A DNA stretch of 64,000 bases from Octopus sinensis (Eukaryota), in NCBI RefSeq assembly GCF_006345805.1, contig NC_043003.1:67332001-67396000 (forward strand), in the 5' to 3' direction. The translations under genes were made by a program, and so were the position numbers. The notes under the pieces are model-generated. The model was given only the letters and a program-made list of their open reading frames with translations, ran no database searches and was not told the origin of the DNA. Every line of letters starts with the position of its first letter. The first letter of the stretch is position 1. Positions 1 to 11,501 of this stretch are shown in pieces.

Positions 1-332
1 TTGTGTTTCACCGTCTGAAACCATCTTACATCCAATTCTTTGATCCCACGCTTGTGCTAGTTTTTCTCCTACGGGGCAAAGAACTCCACTGGTTCACTTC
101 CTGTGCTCGTAACGCTTTGTCGACCAAGAGAAAGTGGAAGCTTTAGTGAAGGAGTTTTTCGCCGCAGAGGACAAGAAATGGTATCAGAGACGTATCAAGG
201 AGATGTTAGAAAGGTGGTTTCAGACGATGCAACACGATGACCTCTACTTTGAATGTGAGGGAGCTTTTGTTGTAACTTCACGAATAACACTGATAAGTTA
301 AGAAAGTATTACTAAACCTTTGGCTCAACATA
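1..332. mobile_element. Mariner transposase C-terminal remnants in inverted arrangement (minus arm 1-110, plus arm 113-332 ending in a TIR-like end)
   Basis: Plus 113-256 reads RFVDQEKVEALVKEFFAAEDKKWYQRRIKEMLERWFQTMQHDDLYFE, a typical mariner C-terminus. The reverse complement of 1-110 gives the same segment (..EFFAP*EKN*HKRGIKELDVRWFQTVKH). Confidence 0.8.
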
Positions 333-922
333 ATATTTGGCAAAATATTTGTAGAGATAATGTGTAATACAGTTACAGCTTTTAGCAGCGATTGAAAAAT
401 GCACGTTAATGCAGACAGATGAATACAAGTAAAATAAAGGAATAAATGACTGCGTGTATGAAATACAGCCAGGTGTAATAAAATAATTACATTATGAACC
501 ATCATATCATGTTTTACTGTTCCATATTATATATTTTGTTTCCGATTCTACAATTAAACTTAATATAATTTATCTTGAATGCTCATATCACTGTCACAAA
601 AATTCAGTAAATTGACATTATACCTACTCTAAATGATAATTCGATAAATATTTTATTGTTTTTTTAACCAATTACTTAAGCAGAAACTAACAGCAAATGC
701 GCTTTGTTTAACATACACATTGATGTATACATTTCTTGCTCTGCATATATATTTACATCGAAGCCGATTGCCAAATCCACTGACATTATTAAAATCATTA
801 ACATTTCAAAACAACTTATGACATCGACTGTACAAATCGAAACGCGTGCCTATCGTTATCCTAAAGGCTACAAAACACTGGCATCAAATCTTTAAGAGTA
901 TATACATAATGTGTGTGTATGC

Positions 923-969
<47 letters not shown>

Positions 970-1286
970 TATATGTATATGTGTATGTATGTTTCTATGT
1001 GGGTTATAATACTATAAAATATGCAAGTGTACACATGTTAAAGTAGCAGCAGTTAAAGTTTATGAAAGAATTCTATTAGAGACGTTGTGATTACTAACCT
1101 CGTCCCCAAAGTTTTAATCAACCAACACCTGATCTGGTTCCATGACATTTCGTTTAAAATTTGGAATATGTCAACAAATTTGACCTTTAAAGGCATGCAG
1201 AAACACTACCGTCTTCTGCATCACGATTAGACTACGTGTCCATCATCACATTGATTCCGTATTTGTTAATATTTTCTTTACACTAA

Positions 1287-1715
1287 GGGGGCGAGCTGGC
1301 AGAAACGTTAGCACGCCGGGCGAAATGCTTAGTGTTATTTCCTCTACCGCTACATTCTGAGTTCAAATTCCGCCGAGGTCGACTTTGCCTTTCATTATTG
1401 GGGGTCGCTTAATAAGTACCAGTTACGCATTGAGGTCGATATAATCAACTTAACCCGTTTTTCTGTCCTTGTTTGTCCCCTTTGTGTGTAGCTCCTTGTG
1501 GACAGTAAAGAAATGAGAAACGTTAGCACGCCGGGCGAAATGGTTACCTTTATCTCGTCTGTGTTTACCTTCTGAGTTCAAACTCCGCCAAGATCGATTT
1601 ACCTTTCGTCCATTCGGGGTTCGTAAATTAGGTACCAGTTGCGTACTGTGGTCGATCTGATCGACTGACAACCTCACCCAAAATTTCAGGCCTTGTACCT
1701 AGAGTAGAAAAGAAT
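1287..1715 (+). mobile_element. tRNA-derived SINE family A, internally duplicated (dimeric) copy
   Basis: Head ggcgagctggcagaaacgttagcacgccggg, B-box-like gagttcaaattcc, body ggggtcg..agtaccagtt repeated twice; about 10 copies in the window. Confidence 0.85.
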
Positions 1716-1939
1716 ATTTACTTTACAGTTTCTCTCAGGAATATTAATTGGTTTCTTCCCCACGCATGTATTCCGAAGATGTTGATTTCCCTAAATTCTT
1801 CCGTCATAATTATTTTGTCTTCTTTTTTTTATTTTCATCTGTTGTTTGTTTCACTTACATAGGCGCCTTCTTGGAGAGTTCAAGCATAAGGAATCGACCC
1901 CAGCACTTCTTTTAAAGACTATTACTCATATTACTTATT

Positions 1940-2225
1940 CTCTCTGGTTGTGAGGCAAGAAGCTTGCTTCACAACCACATGATTCTGGGTTTAGTCCTAC
2001 CGCATGGCACCTTGGGCAAGTTTCTTCTACTACAGCCTCGGACCGACCAATGCCTAGTGAGTGGAATCGGCAGACGGAAACTGAAACAAGCCCGTCGTAT
2101 ATATATATATACATATATATACACACACACACACACATATATATATATGCATATATGTATGTATGTATGTATGTATTATGTATGTATGTATGTATGTATG
2201 TATGTATGTATGTATGTATGTATAC
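1940..2225 (+). mobile_element. tRNA-derived SINE family B, 5' half plus (TA)/(CA)/(TATG) tract
   Basis: accacatgattctgggtttagtcc..gcaccttgggcaag..cggaaactgaaacaagcccgtcgtatata matches the full copies at 36130 and 58319. Confidence 0.8.
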
Positions 2226-2226
2226 G

Positions 2227-2577
2227 TCAATTATTAGGCATTCTTGTTTGTCTCTCTTAATGGTTACTATATCCGGCCATCGGTGCCCTAACACCTTGTC
2301 ATCCTGGAGTTGTGCCTTCCCCTTTTCGTTCATTACTTTCCCAGCGTATGAACCAAACACATGTTACCTCGTATCCATACTTCCGGCATAATAGCCATTG
2401 AAGGTTTGGGGCTATTTTGTCGTGTCTACGCTTGTACTCTTTCTATGCAAGGTTTTCACAAACACTAACAAGGTGACTCACGCTTTTGACCCTCATCCCA
2501 CACATTCTGCAGATGTTCGTTGCACTTGTGTGGTATATATTCTGTATCACTGAGTTCATCCGACCTTCTTCCCACAC
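2227..2577 (-). mobile_element. R4/Dong-type non-LTR retrotransposon fragment (CCHC knuckle + REL endonuclease)
   Basis: Minus strand reads NICRMCGMRVKSVSHLVSVCENLA*KEYKRRHDKIA..WPDIVTIKRDKQECLIID; its 5' end abuts the (AAT)n tract. Confidence 0.8.
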
Positions 2578-2599
2578 ATTATTATTATTATTATTATTA

Positions 2600-2641
<42 letters not shown>

Positions 2642-2653
2642 TACTATTATTAC

Positions 2654-2722
<69 letters not shown>
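2578..2722. repeat. (ATT)n microsatellite
   Basis: Long near-perfect trinucleotide run with a few ACT variants. Confidence 0.98.
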
Positions 2723-2723
<1 letters not shown>

Positions 2724-3094
2724 TTCATTAGCAACGTCTTTCAGTTCTGTTTTCATTTGTTACCAAGTGTCTTGCTGACACCTAGGATAGGGAAACGCAC
2801 GATATACATTGGTAGGCCATTAAAATAAACACACCAGATCGCTCAATTACAAAGTCGTGTGATAGAGAAAAAGGAGAATGAAGGTGGAGATGAAAAACAA
2901 AATAAAAGTAAAAAAATGTAAAATCGGTGATCCAGTATTGCCGCAGGCATATGACTGAAGTACGTAAAAGAATAACAAAAAACTGAAAGAGTAAAGAATA
3001 TAGAGTGGGGAGGAAAGAAAATCCACAGCGACAATGCTCCTTTCAGTACGTTGTGACGTACCAGTTAAGACAATATGTTACACTTCCTGTATGG

Positions 3095-3338
3095 ATGGTA
3101 AGCTAGGGATCATTCTTAAATAACTTTCTGTTCCATTTTGGATTATTCAAAGTGTTTCAACAATCACTGGTATTGTAAACGCCTTGAAACGCCACAGTTC
3201 TGCGATTTCGATTAGCGAGTCTTCATATTTTCTGAGCTTATCAAATTCTTTTGCCGATAGATTATGGTCACAGGCTATGCCCATGTCAACCAACAAACAT
3301 ACTTTATTGTTTTCGTCTTTCACAACAATACCTGGTTT
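3095..3338 (-). mobile_element. R4/Dong-type REL endonuclease fragment
   Basis: Minus strand reads KPGIVVKDENNKVCLLVDMGIACDHNLSAKEFDKLRKYEDSLIEIAELWRFKAFTIPVIVETL; it begins directly at the (AAT)n tract 3339-3415. Confidence 0.8.
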
Positions 3339-3356
3339 ATTATTATTATAATAATA

Positions 3357-3415
<59 letters not shown>

Positions 3416-3556
3416 CGTTACTATTATTCAGTAGTTTTATTTCTATAACGTGCTTTCACTTCACAACTGAGCGCAAATACATGTTGTTATAATTATTATT
3501 ATTGTTATTGTTGTTGTTGTTGTTTTTGTTATCATTATACTAGCGGTTTGAAACTA

Positions 3557-3629
<73 letters not shown>

Positions 3630-3769
3630 GCGTTAACATTACACACTAAATTAGAGATACTTGTATAAAATGAATATAGAAATAAATAAATGTGTGTGTG
3701 TGTGTGTGTATTTGTGTAATGTGTGCAGTTTTGTCTATCTCTTTCACTCTCTGTCTCTCTTTCTCTTTT

Positions 3770-3809
<40 letters not shown>

Positions 3810-4226
3810 AATGCATACATGCACAGCAGGAATCAATATACACTGTTGATACACTATATTTACCATTGATGCAATGGTAAATATAGGAGGTGTATCATCA
3901 AGGATGTTCTTTTAATATGTCTGTCATAATTGATTGATGTTCCCGTTAGGGGAGTATTCTAGGGGCTTTATCTCCTATTATAAGAAGAAAGAATTTCGTT
4001 GATCTTTGAATCTAGTATCATTTACTATATCTACAGCATTAAATAACAAAATGCCTTTAGATATTGCAACAATAAATGTGCATGTTCGATGTACAGATAA
4101 CTGCAATCCTCTTATAGCTTCAGAAGATTCATAGGAGAGTCAATCACCCTATAATACTTCCATACTACCCAGTTCTATAAATATATTTCTTTAAAGCCAA
4201 AACCACCATGATAAATAACTTGTATA

Positions 4227-4283
<57 letters not shown>

Positions 4284-4285
4284 AT

Positions 4286-4317
<32 letters not shown>

Positions 4318-4364
4318 ATATATATATATATATATGTATGTATGTATGTATTATGTATATATAA

Positions 4365-4560
4365 AACAAGGAATGCTTTCTTCGAAGGAATCTAGTGCTC
4401 ACAGCTTAGATTTTCTTGGCGCCGGCGAGATTGGTGCAGTCTCGAGTGTAACCGGCCGAAACTGCTAAGATAATCTGGTACTCGACTGAGGATAGGAAGT
4501 TCCGTATGACCCGTTGTTGTTTTTTCCTGTCCTTTTTTGTATCGTATAACTCTCCGGATG
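4365..4560. repeat. Unclassified interspersed repeat; a diverged copy is at 63100-63260
   Basis: Shared motifs ..gccgaaa(c/t)tgc..gat(a/g)atc(t/c)ggt(a/t)ct(c/t)gactga..gaat/gtatgacccgt.. in both loci. Confidence 0.55.
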
Positions 4561-4614
4561 TTTTAATGCCGCCCATTATGTTCTTGTTCCATTTTTCTCC
4601 TTTATATATATATT

Positions 4615-4927
4615 CTCTTTTACTCTTTTACTTGTTTCAGTCATTTGACTGCGGCCATGCTGGAGCACCGCCTTTAGTCGATCAAATCGACCCCGGGACT
4701 TATTCTTTGTAAGCCCAGTACTTGTTCTATCGGTCTCTTTTGCCGAACCGCTAAGTGACGGGGACGTAAACACACCAGCATCGGTTGTCAAGCAATGCGA
4801 GGGGGACAAACACAGACACACAAACACACACATACATATATATATACATATATACGACAGGCTTCTTTCAGTTTCCGTCTACCAAATCCACTCACAAGGC
4901 ATCGGTCGGCCCGGGGCTATAGCAGAA

Positions 4928-4935
<8 letters not shown>
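4615..4935 (-). mobile_element. SINE family B
   Basis: Reverse complement of the family B body and tail (gactgcggccatgctggagcaccgcctttagtcg..gacaaacacag..). Confidence 0.9.
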
Positions 4936-4975
<40 letters not shown>

Positions 4976-7496
4976 ATATATATACACATATACATATATA
5001 TAACTATCTTCATCTTCATCCTTTTCTATCGATCTTTCTATCTATTCATCTATCTAGCTATCGCATTCTCTCTCTCCTCATTCGCTTTCTGCTTGTACAT
5101 ACACACATGCGCGCGCGCACACGCACACACACGCACACACGCGTACACGCACGCACACACATATATGTATATATATACCGTTAAATGTCGGCAGTTTTAG
5201 GAGGTGAATACATTTAATTAACTTCTTGAGGTCCTTAGGATTACCGCCGTTTCACAGCCATCGTCGTATAGTAATACTTTTACTATATAGTAAAGTATGT
5301 TTATATGTTCATATTAATAAGCAGGCTATCCATTTTATACTCATAAACTATTGCAAATAAAGAAAGGTGGCTCATCAGATCACCAGAACATCACAGTTAC
5401 GCCAACGGTTCAACTCTACATTCATGTAACCATGAGGCTGGCTCTGGTGACCAAATGCGCAGTTTATATTTCTCTACAATAATTTGGAAATATACAATTC
5501 TATCCTAGAATGCGTACCAAGCATATTGATGCAAATGTTTATTGCACATTTAAATGCTGCGAAACGGTTGTGAAGGCTTCGCTTGGCCGGGGCCATAATA
5601 GCTGATCTCTCTGAATGTGCCACAGTGTGGGACTGAAAACATTATCATTTGGTTGAGAAGTAATCTTCTTACCACAATGGCTTGACTTAGTTCAGCACGA
5701 CTCGAAGTTTCGTAGCCTATGAAACTTTTAGTCGTATAGAATATAAGTAAGACTTAATAAATATGACTCCTATACACATGTATTTGTATAGGAGTATGTA
5801 AATGTGTGAGTGATTTTAGGAAAGGATGGTTAAATGTTATGCAGATAGTGAAAAGAGAGAGACGTGGGGGGGATGTTTAATTTTATTAAATTCATCACTG
5901 AAATGTGGACGGAGACAATTAATTGCATTAAAGTCTCAGGAAATTTTAGCTGGATGTAATTTAGATATGAAGCATAAAACTAATTACAGTAAGTATTTAC
6001 ATTATACTGTTTCTGGTAGATTAATGGCCTCCCACTTATACACACGAGCACCTCATGATCAATAAGGACAATAACGACTAGCGTACAAATACACACACAT
6101 ATACACATGCATACACACACATATATATGTATATATGTACTCGTATGTAGACGGGTGTTAGTTTATATGGAAGTATACTTGCATATATATTTCTTTGTAT
6201 ATTCGTGTAATGTTTTTACGTAATATTGTATATGCTCATATTATCGAACACTGTAATATTTGATATTAATTGCGGGAATAAAAGTAATTAAAAATAATGG
6301 CTGGATTTCTGAATAGTGAAATGAGAGAGGTCAGATATATGAACTAATCTATAGAAAACATAAGAGTAACGTAGACTAATAGTTCGAAAATATCGAATAA
6401 TATTTCAAAAAATATATTTAAAAGTTTTTTTGATGTCGACAAAAATGTCAGCCAATGATTAATAATTGTATTTGTGTTGATTTTTATGGCTTAATTCTGA
6501 GCTTTATGTTCACTCTAAATGTTCACAAATGGTACCAGTGAGTTTTTATTCATGCGTTAAATGATAATTTATTATGAATAAATCAACAGCTTTATATTTA
6601 ACAGCAACTAAAATGAAATTAAAAATAGGAAAAAAAAAATGTCTTTCATATTACTATCTATATAGCGAAGTTAGAAACAACAGCATTTTACAGAATGGAA
6701 TTAATTGCGTGTTTAACAGGAAGAAACAAAATTTAAAATAGAAAAAATACATTCTGTCTCGTACATTAAAAAAATCATTTAAAAATTCAGTACATTGGAA
6801 AAAATTTAAAGAGCGACAAATTCTTTAATTTTGTTTATTCATTTTCTATCTCATCTCATTTCAAATGCTATATACCACAGAAAAATCTTTACCGATTTAT
6901 TCTTTCATCAACATGGCTATTTAAAATAAAAGAAAATATTTTTTTCTTTATTTTTTGTCATTTACATGAAAGATTTCAGTGATTCCTTTGCGAATTGTTA
7001 GTATCGCTTTGTTCTTTGTGTTGTTTTTGATGTTATATCTGTTACTGTCTTTGTTGTTCTAATGAATGTTTTTATAAGTTTAATATGGCTGGAATTCGGT
7101 AGAACACCAGTAAAAAATTATCATTAACTATTCCATTTCATTTGAAGTTCAAACCCTGTTAAGATAACTTTGTGCTTAGTGTCGATAAAATGTATTAAAA
7201 CCCCTCCCAAAACTCCAAGTCTCGCGTCGATGTTAGAAGTCAATATCAAAATTATGACATTAGCAGAATCGCTCCAATGTCGTCCAAATTGCATGTCATA
7301 TTTATTGGATTCTACATATTTTCATTTAAACTTGATTTCCAGAGCCTAAGAATTCGGAACCTTACCTAGACGCCCTCCTGTGTAGTACAAATTCCTCCGT
7401 GATCAAATTTGACATCCGTGTTCCTCTGGCGGATGAAATAATCTAATTGCTGTGTAATGAGGCCAGTTTTTTCTCTTTTTCTCTTTTTTTTCTCTT

Positions 7497-7890
7497 TTTA
7501 CTTGTTTCAGTCATTTGACTGCGGCCATGCTGGAGCACCGCCTTTAGTCGAGCAAATCGACCCCGGGACTTATTCTTTGTAAGCCCAGTACTATCTATCG
7601 GTTTCTTTTGCCGAACTGCTAAGTTACGGGGACGTAAACACACCAGCATCGGTTGTCAAGCAATGCTAGGGGAACAAACACAGACACACAAACATATTCA
7701 CACACATATATATATATACATATATACGACAGGCTTCTTTCAGTTTCCGTCTACCAAATCCACTCACAAGGCTTTGGTCGGCCCGGGGCTATAGCAGAAG
7801 ACACGTGCCCAAGATGCCACGCAGTGGGACTGAACCCGGAACCATGTGGTTGGTTAGCAAGCTACTTACCAAACAGCCACTCCTGCGCTA
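7497..7890 (-). mobile_element. SINE family B, full length
   Basis: Complete head (gcgcaggagtggctgtttggtaagtagc..gggttcagtccc), central microsatellite and tail on the minus strand. Confidence 0.9.
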
Positions 7891-8524
7891 AATAACCGAT
7901 AAATAACATAGATTTGAACCGACTATTATGATAAGACGACAATTATCAATCATGTACACTAAGTTGTTTAACTGAATCCCAAAATGTTCTTTCTATGCGC
8001 GAAAAGGAATCATAAAAAGAAGATGAATCATAAATAAATAACAAACGATGGATAGTTGACAATTAGAGTTCAGCAGTTCCCAACGATAGTTTTGGTTTTT
8101 GATTAATGGGTACATTATATCATAATAAACAACCGGCATGTGCATATTTTGTCCACAATCATCACAATTCGCAGAATGAGTTTGCCAAATGAAATGGTGT
8201 TTTTATAGCAGACGACTGCACTACGCCATGTGTGGGTAGGGTGTATTTAAAATTTATAGTCCCGAAGGAGGTTGCAGATTCAAGCGACAAGAATACGTAC
8301 ATATATATGTATATATACATAAACACACACACACATGTGTGTGTGTATAAGTGTGTGCGTGTGTATGTATATATATATATATATGTATAAATTTAAATAA
8401 TCAGAAAATGGAGAAAACTTATGATCAACAATCAAACAAATTGAACCACATTGGTTGATTATTTTTCAATATAAAAACATGACTTAACATTTCCGCTTAC
8501 CTTTGGTATATATATATATATATA

Positions 8525-8925
8525 ATAAGGGCACTTCTATACATAAATGCCTCACGCTAGGAGGAACTCTTAAAGTCAAAACTACCATAATAAACGCATT
8601 GTACGGAACGCGAGGGAATGCAACACTCGAAGTGAGCCTTTTAAAAGAGATGCAATTTGAAAAGCCCGCCTCTTACATAGGTATATAAATGTGAACAATT
8701 CTATGAACTATGTTCATTTATATATGTCTTGATTATGTCTGCACTGACGATTAAAAAGTGCATTTTGTGCACTAATTATCAAACCATACGATCTGCGACG
8801 GAATATGTTTTCAAAAGGCTCGCTTCGAGAGTTGCATTCCCTCGCGTTCGGTACAATGTGTTTATTATTGTAGTTTTGACTTTAAGAGTCCCTCCTAGCG
8901 TGAGGCATTTATGTGATGCCCTTAA
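8525..8925. repeat. Fold-back element: ~115-bp inverted arms around a ~165-bp spacer
   Basis: 8525-8645 (aagggc..cataaatgcctcacgctaggagg..gagcctttt) is the reverse complement of 8810-8925 with only scattered mismatches. Confidence 0.9.
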
Positions 8926-9049
8926 TATAAATAAATATATTTAAAGGGAATAATTAATAATTTTTCCTGTATGAGGGTTTTCACGCTAACTACTTGATAA
9001 ATTCTTATAAAGATTTTATCCTATTTTCAACTGATATATATATAGTGAG

Positions 9050-9230
9050 AATTTGCAAAAAAATAGCAAAAGACGAAGACAGGTGTGTAAACAACAAACA
9101 GGTGTATTAGTTTAACGCTCGGGAAGTGAAAATGTCTTTTACGTTTCGAGCCTACGCTCTTCGACAGAAAGGAACTCAGAAATAAACAGGGAGAAAAAAT
9201 AGAAAAATGTATAGTGAATAGCGATGTATA
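9050..9230 (-). mobile_element. Probable Penelope-like terminal-repeat remnant with decayed hammerhead motif
   Basis: Minus strand cttt-ctgtcga-a-gagc-gtag-gctc-gaaa-cgta-aaag; a related decayed motif is at 50778-50813. Confidence 0.55.
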
Positions 9231-10439
9231 ATGAAATAAAAATAGCTCTAGTATACTAAATATTGTTAAATATACTTATGTATATATTTTGTGTATGTTC
9301 CAGTGGTCGTAATGGCGTAGCGGTGTATATAACTCCCAAGTCACCGGTGTTTCTTGCCTCGAGCTCAAGGTCTGGGGTGATGTCAAATACTGAGAAGGAG
9401 AAATCAAGACAGATCATTTTGGTTACCGATATATTGAGTCCAGCTCAATGTTTTCAATCACAAACACAATAGTTTGTCTATTTAAGAGAGAGAATACATC
9501 TGCTTTTTAGCTGCTAGAAACTTTCACACAATACTTTAAAATATTTCAAATGTAATTTTTGGCAACCAAAACTTCAGTGACATCAATCCTGCTAAAACTG
9601 AGCGTGATACAATTAGCAAGGCCATCATTTTCCAACTAATAATAAAACCATAGACTCTCTTAAGAAAACAGTTCAGTAATATATTGATTTCAATCTTTGG
9701 CACAAAGTCAGCCATTTTGGGTAGGGGAGTTAGTCGATGATATCAACTCCAATTCTCAATAGATTGAATTCGAACTCAGAACCGAAAGACGGACAAAATA
9801 GCGTTAAGCATTTATCCCGACGTGCTATTTGTTCAGCCAGCTCGCTACCTTCAAAGTTTTATAATATATTGATTAGATATTTGACACACGCACTCACGAA
9901 AACTAATTTCGTAGAATTTGAAATCGTCGTATTTTTTCGTCTATTACTGATCAGATTTAATGAAGGCCTTATAATACTGTTACAAAAATAGGTCAACATT
10001 GATTTGCACAAGTAAATCTTTTACATCATATTAGCATTTTTCCCTCCCTGCGGGCTGTCTTGATGGAGCTGGAGTTTGCAGTCTAATAATATTATATTTT
10101 ATACAGTCTACGATGAAAATCAGTTTCTATAGATTTACATTTATGTAGAAACGAAATTTTACTTGTGAAATCAAGGCTTCTGTTTTAAGAAATTGTGTAT
10201 TCGGCTCATGATCGTAACGTTCTGAGTTCGATTCTCGGTGGTGTGTAATGTCCTTGAAGAAGACATTTTATTCCCAGTCTCGTTTTCCAAATCTCGCTCC
10301 CGTCTCGTTTTCCTTTCGTTTCTATATTTTAACTTGTGTATGTTGTTGCTGCTGTGGATTTGAGAAATGCTTCAGTGAGGCATTGAGGCCTTTCTAGTAG
10401 TATGTATCGTTTGAAGGGCTTCAAAACTCCTCATAAAGA

Positions 10440-10650
10440 AGGGTAGCACGTTTGAGCTACCTGTGAAAATATATGTTGTAATGTAATTCTAACGCTCAGT
10501 CTTCTCACATTCTGTATTACATCGAATATCCCTCTGAACTACGTTCAGGGTACAAGTGTCTGTGGAGTCCTCAACCTCTTGCATGTTAATTTCAGGAGTA
10601 GACTGTTCCGTTAATCGAACCAACTAGAACCCTTGTCATTGTATCCGATG
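10440..10650 (-). mobile_element. Interspersed repeat family D (SINE-like); other copies at 33515-33655, 35098-35240 and 52672-52800 (+)
   Basis: Shared aacggaaca..gaaattaac(g/a)tgcaag..cgtagtt motif in four loci. Confidence 0.65.
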
Positions 10651-11161
10651 GAGTGTCGGTATGTAATAACTATAATGGTGCAGACTTAGTCCCGAAATTT
10701 ATTTAATACATTTAATCTTTTGATATTAAGTCTATTGATATTATTAGCGCAAACACTAATATAATTTGCACAATACCTAGTTGTCTTTGTCTAGTATCAT
10801 GTATTTACAGCTCTCATAGGAAATGAAACGAAATTATGTCACATTTGACAAGACTTGACATATTGTACTTTCATAACGAATAATTTGCGAATTTCCCGAT
10901 TATTTTCTGATGGAGAGTTACTAAAACTATCTACTCTCCATTATGAGGAATTTGGAAGCCGTTTAAACGACACATACTGCTACGTCGGCCCCACTAAGAC
11001 CATTCCCAAACGAAGAGATATAAAATCGTTAAAAAGTTAAGATATAGGGACGGTAGAAAAACGATACCAGCAGTATAACTAGGATGGTCTTGAAAAACAA
11101 TATGGACTAATATGGTATGTTCGACTAATCATTCGAAAGTGCTTCCCTAGTGGAAACAAGA

Positions 11162-11206
<45 letters not shown>

Positions 11207-11292
11207 GTGTGTGTGTGTGTGTGTGCTTGTGTGTATGTGTGTATGTATGTATGTATGTATGTAAATGGGGTTATAATCCCGAAATAGTCTTT

Positions 11293-11501
11293 CTAACCTA
11301 GGCACAAGGCTCGAAATTTTGGGACAAAAGGCCAGTCGAATAGATCGACCCCAGTACGCAACTGATACTTAATTTACGGATCCTGAAAGGATGAAAGGCA
11401 AAGTTAATCATGGCGGAATATGAACCAAGACCTTAACGGCAGTCGAAATACGGCTAAGCCTTTCGCGCGGCGTGCTAACGTTTCTGCCAGCTCGCCGCCT
11501 T
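11293..11501 (-). mobile_element. SINE family A with possible degenerate target-site duplication
   Basis: Reverse complement of the family A head and body, flanked by ttataatcccgaaata / ttataaccctgaacta. Confidence 0.85.

Noticed and set aside
4440-4515. Possible type II hammerhead (gccgaaac ... ctgagga)
   Set aside because: GAAA and CUGAGGA are present, but stems I and II cannot be closed in the required register.
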